From Acutalibacteraceae bacterium (GTDB lineage: Bacteria > Bacillota > Clostridia > Oscillospirales > Acutalibacteraceae), in assembly GCA_036308405.1 (NCBI GenBank), contig JAXJVR010000041.1, positions 1 to 39,570 of the forward strand: DNA of 39,570 nucleotides, read 5' to 3'. Positions 17,477-24,820 of this stretch are shown one piece after another. Within the stretch, counting starts at the first letter, position 1; every line of letters begins with the position of its first letter. The notes below the pieces were generated by a model. It did no database searches. It was given only the letters and a program-made list of their open reading frames with translations, and was not told where the DNA came from. Both the position numbers and the translations under genes were made by a program.

Positions 17477-19102
17477 TTACCACTCGTAAAAATTAACCAA
17501 AAACTGACAACTGCTGCTGAAACTCGGGTTTTTCTCTATAAATTTATACAGTGAATTATATGCTTCTGCTTTAGGTATGCTGTAGTTTTTTATGCCTTTA
17601 TATTTTTGTTTTTCTTTTAAATCATCAACAGTAAATGATTGCGAATCTGCATTATTGTCAAAATAATCATATAAATATGCCTGCGACAAATAATATTGAG
17701 CTTCTTTTGCAATTTCCGGCTTTTTACTGCAAGCAAGTTTTGTAATATACGGTATGCCCTCGTCGCCCAACTCATACATTGCATATATGTCTATGTTTTT
17801 GAGTCTGCCGGTTTTATAGGCTTCATAATTGTATTTTGCGGACACGGCATTTACATTTACCGTTCCCAAAACAAATATCACACAGCCTGCGGTTATAATT
17901 GCTGTTTTTAAAACATTTATTTTAGAAATATAAATGCGCAAAATTACACTTATAAAAACTATGGCTAAAAACAGCATAAAAGAGCTTGTCGTTATTCTTA
18001 ACACGGTCATACCGAAAGATTTTATATAAAGCACCATTTTTGAAACAGCAGTTGCAATTATTATGAGTGTAAAAACCGATATAAAGGTGCAAAAAGCTTT
18101 TATTGCGTAGTTTAATTTTCCGTTGTTTTTTTTAGATAAGAGTATACACAAAGCCGTAACGGCTAAATTTATTACGGCTATTACGCACATTTCAAAAAAG
18201 CCTTTTCGGGCGTATTGCGAAACATTAAACTTGTAACCCGACGGCAAAATCCCGCTGAAAGCGCTGAAAAAATACGCAAGCTGTGAAAACAAATAAAGCA
18301 AATAACAAGCCGATATAACGCTTAAAAAAGAAATAACATATATATTTTCAACGCCCTTAAAATTACACGGTTTTAACTGCGCACTCAAGCCTTTTTTAAC
18401 AGAAAATCCGTATGAAATTACAATCAGCGACATACCTAAACCCAATATAATTTTTAAAATTGTATTAAAAGAGTTGCTGAAAATATTTTCAACAAGTCCG
18501 CTGAACGCATCGTCAGATGAAATAAGCAACGGAACTATAATAATAAGCATCGGTATTGCGCATATCATACCGATAAATACTTTAATAACTTTTTTGCTGC
18601 CGTTACCGTCAAATAAAGATTTAACCGAAATCAAAATGTTACCAACACTTGAAAATGCCGAATAAAAAGTGTTAATAACCGCTTTGTTACCGCGGCGGCG
18701 AGTATTTATAAAACCATCAAAAAACATTATACAAAGCAAAAATATTATAATTACCGCAAAAAATTTTACACTTGCATTGGTAGTGCTTATAAACACCGCA
18801 GAATTCATTACTGTCAACAAGCCGTAAAAAACAGATGTTAATTTTATTTTTTGTTTATTTACAAAATATAAACTTATAAGCACTGTAAGCATAACCGTTG
18901 ACAGCGTATATCCGAGCGCAAAATTAAAAATTCCGAACAAAGCCGTAAAAACACAGCATACAACGGCTCCTACCGCAAATAATATATCTTTTTTATTTAT
19001 CGCAAAAGTTTGTTTTACAACTGTTGAACTATCTTTGTCTTTTTCAGAATTAAAATCTGTTTGGGCACATTCACATTCTTGAATATTATTCTCAAAATTC
19101 AT
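17477..19102 (-). CDS. Large polytopic membrane protein (541 aa), DUF4153/DUF4173-like by recollection
   Basis: At least 10 hydrophobic segments followed by a soluble C-terminal ~110 aa tail (YNYEAYKTGRLKNIDIYAMYELGDEGIPYI...). It starts 4 nt after the HTH gene stop. Confidence 0.7.
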   Translation of the reverse strand: MNFENNIQECECAQTDFNSEKDKDSSTVVKQTFAINKKDILFAVGAVVCCVFTALFGIFNFALGYTLSTVMLTVLISLYFVNKQKIKLTSVFYGLLTVMNSAVFISTTNASVKFFAVIIIFLLCIMFFDGFINTRRRGNKAVINTFYSAFSSVGNILISVKSLFDGNGSKKVIKVFIGMICAIPMLIIIVPLLISSDDAFSGLVENIFSNSFNTILKIILGLGMSLIVISYGFSVKKGLSAQLKPCNFKGVENIYVISFLSVISACYLLYLFSQLAYFFSAFSGILPSGYKFNVSQYARKGFFEMCVIAVINLAVTALCILLSKKNNGKLNYAIKAFCTFISVFTLIIIATAVSKMVLYIKSFGMTVLRITTSSFMLFLAIVFISVILRIYISKINVLKTAIITAGCVIFVLGTVNVNAVSAKYNYEAYKTGRLKNIDIYAMYELGDEGIPYITKLACSKKPEIAKEAQYYLSQAYLYDYFDNNADSQSFTVDDLKEKQKYKGIKNYSIPKAEAYNSLYKFIEKNPSFSSSCQFLVNFYEW

Positions 19103-19106
19103 AAAA

Positions 19107-19313
19107 TCAATCCCCTTCCGAATATTTAATTATGTCTCCCGGTTGACAGTCAAGCACTTTGCAAATCGCATCAAGCGTAGAAAAGCGTATTGCTTTAGCT
19201 TTTCCTGTTTTAAGTATAGAAAGATTTGCGGGCGTTATGCCGATTTTTTCCGAAAGCTCAAGCGATGTCATTTTACGCATCGCAAGCATTACATCTAAAT
19301 CAATTTCTATCAT
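19107..19313 (-). CDS. Small HTH transcriptional regulator (YozG/COG3655-like, 68 aa)
   Basis: MTSLELSEKIGITPANLSILKTGKAKAIRFSTLDAICKVLDCQPGDII is a Cro/C1-type HTH with the typical YozG-like C-terminus. Confidence 0.8.
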   Translation of the reverse strand: MIEIDLDVMLAMRKMTSLELSEKIGITPANLSILKTGKAKAIRFSTLDAICKVLDCQPGDIIKYSEGD

Positions 19314-19328
19314 AAAATACCTCTGTCT

Positions 19329-19796
19329 TTATATTGTAAGTTGATTTTCTTCGCTAATTTCGACGGCGTTCTGCATAACATTTTTTACAATGCGAAGCAT
19401 AAGACCTACAAATGCGGCAGCCGCTGTTATAAAAAGAAACGGAATATAGAATATTCCCCCGACAAGCGTTATAACTGCAACCGCAAAACAACACCAAGAA
19501 ATACGGCGAAGATACTTTATATTTTGTGTAATAAATATTTCTTCTTTTTTTATATTGAAAAGCAATTTTATAAGACTGTAAAGGGTTACATAAGCAAATA
19601 TCGCGCAGGGATAAAAACACGCTTTAAACAAAACAAGCATTTTATTTAGAGCAAAACCGTTTTTGTCAAAGCCGCGGTATGCTGTAAACCAAATTTCTAC
19701 AATTTTAGGTCCTGCAAAAACAAGAACCGTAAGAATAGCCAAAAATGCAAAGCAAACCGCAATAGATAATATTACCGAGCGTTTTCTGTTCCACAT
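19329..19796 (-). CDS. DUF2975-like four-TM membrane protein (155 aa)
   Basis: The start is moved to ATG 19796 (MWNRKRS...), which is preceded by GGAGG. The longer track ORF would begin inside the promoter -35 element. The C-terminal ...EENQLTI ending is as in DUF2975 proteins that pair with YozG-like regulators. Confidence 0.7.
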   Translation of the reverse strand: MWNRKRSVILSIAVCFAFLAILTVLVFAGPKIVEIWFTAYRGFDKNGFALNKMLVLFKACFYPCAIFAYVTLYSLIKLLFNIKKEEIFITQNIKYLRRISWCCFAVAVITLVGGIFYIPFLFITAAAAFVGLMLRIVKNVMQNAVEISEENQLTI

Positions 19797-19827
19797 AAAA
19801 TTACCTCCGATGGAATTATTTGTTATT

Positions 19828-19890
19828 ATAATATCATCAAAATTATCGTTTGTCAATAATTATTTTATTGAAAAACGATAATTTATTATC
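19828..19890 (-). promoter_or_regulatory. Promoter plus palindromic operator for the membrane/HTH/(retron) operon
   Basis: Minus strand TTGACA (19856-19851), 17-nt spacer, TATTAT (19833-19828). A 39-bp palindrome at 19843-19881 (TTATCGTTTGTCAATAA-ttatt-TTATTGAAAAACGATAA, 17-bp arms, one mismatch) overlaps the -35. A second palindrome, GATAAT-tt-ATTATC, lies at 19877-19890. Confidence 0.55.
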
Positions 19891-19933
19891 AAATAATAAT
19901 AATCCTATTCCGAACAATAGTTTTTTATATACT

Positions 19934-19967
19934 AAAAATCCCCGACTGATGTCGGGGATTTTTTTAA
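19934..19967. terminator. Bidirectional Rho-independent terminator after nth
   Basis: AAAAATCCCCGAC/tgat/GTCGGGGATTTTTTT. Confidence 0.78.
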
Positions 19968-19989
19968 GTTTATGCAAACCGTTATTTAA

Positions 19990-20619
19990 TTATTTGCTTT
20001 TTGACGGACAAATTTCTGCAAGGGGGCATTTTTCGCAATAAGTCTTGCGCGCCGTGCATATATCGCGCCCGAAAAGCACCGTTCTGTGACAAAAATCATT
20101 TGATTTTTCAGGCGGCAATAATTTGAGCATCGCCTTTTCAACTTTTAGCGGGTCGGTGGTTTTTACAAGACCCAAGCGGTTACACAACCTTATAAAATGC
20201 GTGTCGGTCACTACGGCAGGCTTACCGTATATATCACCGCAAACAAGGTTGGCGGTTTTTCTGCCCACACCCGGCAGACGGATTAACTGCTCAACCGTGT
20301 CGGGCACACAACCGTCAAAATCACTTACAATCATTTGTGCAATGCCCACCAAATCGCGCGCTTTTGTTTTATAAAGTCCGCAGGTTTTTATAAGGTTTTC
20401 TATATCCTCTACCGTGACTTTTGCCATACTTTTAGCATCGGGATATTTTTCAAAAAGAGCAGGAGTTACAATATTAACGCGAGCGTCGGTGCATTGCGCC
20501 GAAAGTCTTGTTGCGATAAGCAGTTGAAAAGCGTCTTTATAATTAAGCGAGCAAATTGCCGTGGGATACAGCTTTTCAAGCTCCTCTACCGCTTTTAAAG
20601 TCTTTGACTTTTTATCCAT
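19990..20619 (-). CDS. nth: Endonuclease III (DNA glycosylase/AP lyase)
   Basis: HhH-GPD motif (LPGVGRKTANLV) and a C-terminal 4Fe-4S cluster motif C-x6-C-x2-C-x5-C (CTARKTYCEKCPLAEIC). Confidence 0.9.
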   Translation of the reverse strand: MDKKSKTLKAVEELEKLYPTAICSLNYKDAFQLLIATRLSAQCTDARVNIVTPALFEKYPDAKSMAKVTVEDIENLIKTCGLYKTKARDLVGIAQMIVSDFDGCVPDTVEQLIRLPGVGRKTANLVCGDIYGKPAVVTDTHFIRLCNRLGLVKTTDPLKVEKAMLKLLPPEKSNDFCHRTVLFGRDICTARKTYCEKCPLAEICPSKSK

Positions 20620-21676
20620 TTGCTATATCCTGAAGTTTAAGGTCGCCCTTTTTAATCCAGCCGAGCTTACGCATTGCCTCTGAAATGCCAAGACATACCA
20701 CAGCAGGCAAAACAAAGTGCATAACAATTATTTGCAAAATAGCAATAACCGGTGAAGTGCCTGCTTCTATCATAGCGCCGTAAGCCGCAAACTGACCTAC
20801 AAGACCGGCAGAACCCATACCCGAACCCACGGGAGTGCTAACCATTTTAAGCAATGCCGATGACACAGGACCCAAAATTGCGCTTGCAAGTATTGCCGGT
20901 AACCAGATTATAGGTTTGCGAACTATATTAGGCATTTGAAGCATTGAAGTGCCTACACCCTGCGCGATAAGTCCGCCCATTTTATTTTCACGGTAGCTTA
21001 TAACTGCAAAGCCAACCATATTGCAGCAGCAACCTATTGTCGCTGCGCCTGCTGCAAGACCGGTTATACCCATAGATATGCCTATTGCTGCTGATGAGAT
21101 AGGCAATGTAAGCAATATGCCCATAACAACCGATACTATCATACCGCCTAAAATCGGACTCTTTTCAACATTTATGTTTACAAGCGCGCCTATCCACTTC
21201 ATAGCGGCGGATATGTAAGGCCCTACCAAATATCCCGCTGCGGCGCCTGCCAATATACAGCAAAGCGGAGTTACGATTATTTCAAGCTTTGTTTTGCCAG
21301 AAACAAGACTGCCTATTTCTATAGCAACATAAGCCGCAATAAACGCGCCGAGCGGTTCGCCGGGAGCACCTATTTTAAAACTTTCAACCGCGAGATTAGG
21401 AAATGCGCCGACCATACCGGCAACAGCAGCCGAAATTGTGGTAAGCGGTGAAGCCTTAAGCTTTACAGCAACGCCGACACCTATGCCCGCGCCTGTAATT
21501 GTTTTTGCAACATTGCCCATAGCGGTAAAATAATTGCCGACAACATTACCGCCTATTAAAGAGCCTATCTGACAAATAATAGTGCCTATTATAAGCGTAG
21601 AAAACAGACCGTATGCCATGCCCGAAAGTCCGTCAATAAAAAGACGGTTTAAATATTTTTTTATCACCGTGTTCAT
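20612..21676 (-). CDS. PTS EIIC-like polytopic membrane protein (PF13303-like by recollection)
   Basis: 354-aa Gly/Ala-rich polytopic ORF. It overlaps nth by 8 nt. The family assignment comes from the N-terminal pattern KKYLNRLFIDGLSGMAYGLF only. Confidence 0.55.
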   Translation of the reverse strand: MNTVIKKYLNRLFIDGLSGMAYGLFSTLIIGTIICQIGSLIGGNVVGNYFTAMGNVAKTITGAGIGVGVAVKLKASPLTTISAAVAGMVGAFPNLAVESFKIGAPGEPLGAFIAAYVAIEIGSLVSGKTKLEIIVTPLCCILAGAAAGYLVGPYISAAMKWIGALVNINVEKSPILGGMIVSVVMGILLTLPISSAAIGISMGITGLAAGAATIGCCCNMVGFAVISYRENKMGGLIAQGVGTSMLQMPNIVRKPIIWLPAILASAILGPVSSALLKMVSTPVGSGMGSAGLVGQFAAYGAMIEAGTSPVIAILQIIVMHFVLPAVVCLGISEAMRKLGWIKKGDLKLQDIANG

Positions 21677-21711
21677 CCTCCTTATAGGTGATTTTTGAAT
21701 ATATTGTTACA

Positions 21712-21740
21712 ATTATATTACAAACAAAGTAACCAGTCAA
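21712..21740 (-). promoter_or_regulatory. Sigma-A type promoter for the EIIC-like/nth operon
   Basis: Minus strand TTGACT (21740-21735), 17-nt spacer, TATAAT (21717-21712). Confidence 0.5.
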
Positions 21741-21833
21741 CTGTTTAAAAAGCCAAAAATTATGCCTGATTTACAAAATATTCCACGAATTTGCACACAT
21801 TATTTATTTGCTATAACAAAACCTTTTAATTTA

Positions 21834-21872
21834 CAAAAAAGCGGTGTAACCCTTAAATTCGGGTAACACCGC
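21834..21872 (-). terminator. Rho-independent terminator after pnp
   Basis: Minus strand GCGGTGTTACCC/gaatttaa/GGGTTACACCGC followed by a U-run. Confidence 0.7.
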
Positions 21873-21889
21873 TTAAATGCTTTTATTTA

Positions 21890-24088
21890 TTATTTATCAC
21901 GATTTCTGAAACCGCGTCTGTTGCGATTGCCGTCGTTTCTGCGAGGCGGAACATCATCCGCATCGTCTTCAACAACTGCGCCGTTTACCTCAACAAGCGC
22001 GTCACGACGTGAAAGGTTAATTCTGCCCTGGTCGTCGATTTCGGTAACCTTAACGATAACCTGGTCGCCTACCGCTACTACATCTTCAACCTTTTCAACG
22101 CGTTTAACATCAAGCTTTGAAATGTGAACAAGACCTTCTTTACCGGGTGCGATTTCAACAAAAGCGCCGAATGTCATAAGTCTTGTAACCTTACCGCTGT
22201 AAATTGCGCCGATTTCGGGGTCGTTTGCAATAAGATTTATTATGTCTATAGCCTGTTTTGCCTTATCAATATCAAGTCCTGAAACAAATACATGACCGTC
22301 TTCTTCGATATTGATTGTGCAATCGCACTGCTCTTGTATAGACTGAATAACCTTACCCTGCTTACCGATAACATCACCGATTTTGTCGGGGCTGATTGTT
22401 GTGGTGAGCATTTTGGGAGCATAGGGTGAAAGTTCCTTACGGTATTCGGGTATACACTTGAGCATTACTTCATCAAGAATATATTTACGAGCCTTATTTG
22501 TTTTAGCAAATGCTTCTTTAATAATTTCGGGGGTAAGACCGTGAACCTTAAGGTCCATCTGAATAGCGGTAATACCCTTGTGTGTGCCTGCTACCTTAAA
22601 GTCCATATCGCCGTAGAAATCTTCAAGTCCCTGAATATCTACCATAGTCATAAAGTCGCCGTAAACGCCGTCATCACCGGTGATAAGACCGCATGAAATA
22701 CCTGCAACGGGGGCTTTAATAGGCACACCTGCCGCCATAAGCGCAAGAGTTGAACCACAGATAGAACCCTGCGAAGTAGAGCCGTTTGAAGAAAGCACTT
22801 CGCTTACTACACGGATAGCATAGGGGAATTCCTCAACAGAAGGAATAACCGGCAAAAGCGCGCGTTCAGCCAAAGCGCCGTGACCGATTTCACGACGGCC
22901 GGGGCCGCGTGATGGCTTTGTTTCACCTACTGAATATGAGGGGAAGTTATAGTGGTGGATATAACGCTTGCTTACCTCTTCGTCAAGACCGTCAAGCTTT
23001 TGAGCCTCGCTTACTGGTGCTAATGTTGCAACCGAAAGAACCTGTGTTTGACCGCGTGTAAACAAACCTGAACCGTGAACACGGGGAAGCAGGTCAACCT
23101 GCGCGTCAAGAGGACGGATTTCATCAATACCGCGTCCGTCAACACGCTTGCCCTCATCCTTAAGCCAAGAGCGAACAACATGCTTTTGAACAAGATACAA
23201 AATCTCGTCAATTTTTGCTTCGCAACCTTCAAAACGCTCATCAAACTTAGCGTGAACAGCGTCATATATAGGAAGCAATGCCGCGTCACGAACATTTTTA
23301 TCGTCGGTGTCAAGCGCTTTTTTTACATCTTCAATGCAAAACTCTTCGATTTCTGCCATGATTTCGGGGTCGGGGTTGCTTGACTCAAAAGCAAACTTTT
23401 CTTTACCGATTTCGGCAACTATGCCGTTGATAAACTTAACGATTTCTTTATTTACCTCGTGACCTGCCATAATACAGTCAAACATAAGGTCATCCGGAAT
23501 TTCGTTACCGCCTGCCTCTATCATAGCAACCAAGTCTGCTGTAGAAGAAACCGTAAGTGTAAGGTCGGTTTTAGCGCGTTGTTCAAGTGTGGGGTTTATA
23601 ACAATTTCACCGTCAACAAGACCTACCGCTGTGCTTGCAATAGGGCCGTCCCACGGAATATCGGATACTGCTATAGCGGCAGATACACCGATAGCGGCAG
23701 TGATTTCGGGTGAGCAGTCGGGGTCAACCGACATAACAGTTGCAACAACAGAGCAATCGTTGCGCATATCTTTCGGGAAAAGCGGACGGATAGGTCTGTC
23801 TATACAGCGTGAAGCCAAAATTGCCTTTTCGCTTGCCTTGCCCTCACGGCGCTGGAACGAACCGGGGATGCGGCCTACGGCATACATTTTTTCTTCAAAA
23901 TCAACAGAAAGCGGGAAAAAGTCGACGCCCTCACGCGGTTTTGAAGATGCGGTTACCGTGCAAAGCACGCTTGTGTCGCCGTAAGAAGCCATAAAAGCGG
24001 CATTTGCAAGGCCTGCCATTTTACCTGTTTCAAGCTTAAACGGTCTGCCTGCAATGGTGGTTTCGTAAACCTTGTAGTTTTCAAACAT
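21890..24088 (-). CDS. pnp: Polynucleotide phosphorylase (polyribonucleotide nucleotidyltransferase)
   Basis: Two RNase PH domains, a KH domain (IGKQGKVIQSI) and an S1 domain (YSGKVTRLMTFGAFVEI), then an Arg-rich tail. Confidence 0.97.
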   Translation of the reverse strand: MFENYKVYETTIAGRPFKLETGKMAGLANAAFMASYGDTSVLCTVTASSKPREGVDFFPLSVDFEEKMYAVGRIPGSFQRREGKASEKAILASRCIDRPIRPLFPKDMRNDCSVVATVMSVDPDCSPEITAAIGVSAAIAVSDIPWDGPIASTAVGLVDGEIVINPTLEQRAKTDLTLTVSSTADLVAMIEAGGNEIPDDLMFDCIMAGHEVNKEIVKFINGIVAEIGKEKFAFESSNPDPEIMAEIEEFCIEDVKKALDTDDKNVRDAALLPIYDAVHAKFDERFEGCEAKIDEILYLVQKHVVRSWLKDEGKRVDGRGIDEIRPLDAQVDLLPRVHGSGLFTRGQTQVLSVATLAPVSEAQKLDGLDEEVSKRYIHHYNFPSYSVGETKPSRGPGRREIGHGALAERALLPVIPSVEEFPYAIRVVSEVLSSNGSTSQGSICGSTLALMAAGVPIKAPVAGISCGLITGDDGVYGDFMTMVDIQGLEDFYGDMDFKVAGTHKGITAIQMDLKVHGLTPEIIKEAFAKTNKARKYILDEVMLKCIPEYRKELSPYAPKMLTTTISPDKIGDVIGKQGKVIQSIQEQCDCTINIEEDGHVFVSGLDIDKAKQAIDIINLIANDPEIGAIYSGKVTRLMTFGAFVEIAPGKEGLVHISKLDVKRVEKVEDVVAVGDQVIVKVTEIDDQGRINLSRRDALVEVNGAVVEDDADDVPPRRNDGNRNRRGFRNRDK

Positions 24089-24126
24089 TTTTTCAATCTC
24101 CTTTGTTTAAAATAATTTTATTTTTC

Positions 24127-24214
24127 AAGAGATTTTCCGTTTAGCAATAAATCCAACATCTGTTATAAACTTACACAGACACTCGATTTACCGCTAAACA
24201 ACAAAAAATCTCTT
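24127..24214 (-). promoter_or_regulatory. Long extended hairpin in the rpsO-pnp intergenic leader
   Basis: The pairs are AAGAGATTTT/AAAATCTCTT (10 bp), GTTTAGC/GCTAAAC (7 bp), TAAATC/GATTTA and TCTGT/ACAGA. They stack into one ~88-nt stem-loop upstream of the pnp start. Confidence 0.4.
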
Positions 24215-24227
24215 TAAAGCGATAATA

Positions 24228-24265
24228 ACAAAATCAAACCGAGCAAATAAAACTTGCTCGGTTTG
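24228..24265 (-). terminator. Rho-independent terminator/attenuator after rpsO
   Basis: CAAACCGAGCAA/loop/TTGCTCGGTTTG is a 12-bp perfect stem followed by a U-rich run on the minus strand. Confidence 0.7.
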
Positions 24266-24276
24266 TCTTTACCCGA

Positions 24277-24540
24277 TTACTTACGCAATCCGAGGCGTTT
24301 AACGATAGAACGGTATCTTTCGATATCTTTCTTTTGAAGATATGCAAGAAGGTTTCTTCTGTGACCTACCATTTTAAGAAGACCGCGACGTGAATGGTGG
24401 TCTTTCTTGTGAACATCAAGGTGAGCGTTGAGCTCATTGATACGATAGGTAAGAACAGCAATTTGAACTTCAGGTGAACCTGTGTCGCCTTCGTGTGTTG
24501 CATATTCAGCCATAATCTGCTGCTTTTGTTCGTTTGTCAT
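24277..24540 (-). CDS. rpsO: 30S ribosomal protein S15
   Basis: [45 protein letters not shown]. The ATG at 24540 has an AGGAG RBS at the proper spacing, while the track GTG at 24549 abuts the RBS. Confidence 0.95.
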   Translation of the reverse strand: MTNEQKQQIMAEYATHEGDTGSPEVQIAVLTYRINELNAHLDVHKKDHHSRRGLLKMVGHRRNLLAYLQKKDIERYRSIVKRLGLRK

Positions 24541-24820
24541 TGTTTTCACTCCTTTTTAAAAAACAGTCCGCCGTATTCCGAGCCAAAGGTCTATTTGAGT
24601 GTTCCGCGCAAAGCGGCAGTCGCCCAAAGCACAGGATACGGTATTTACCGACTTTACACAGTCAGCCTTGGTATTATAACACAACTTTTTCAAAAAGTAA
24701 AGAACTTATTTTTTCTTTTTTGTCTGACACAAAAAATTATTAACGATTAATTCACAAAATCAAATAATGATTGTAATAAATTGGGTTTAAAGTTATAATA
24801 CAAAATAAAATTTTGCGGAG

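Noticed and set aside
17283-17483. A 66-aa ORF filling the gap between the membrane gene and the RT, ending in a TAATG overlap with the RT start
   Set aside because: It would start at a GTG inside the last codons of the upstream gene with no RBS. It exactly overlies the long hairpin and repeat structure expected for a retron ncRNA, and its sequence has no recognisable fold. I treat it as a by-product of the RNA element, though conservation analysis should confirm this.
19797-19856. A 20-codon N-terminal extension of the DUF2975-like ORF (track start 19856)
   Set aside because: The extension would begin inside the -35 hexamer of the promoter/operator. The internal ATG at 19796 has a GGAGG RBS and begins the typical basic-then-TM N-terminus.
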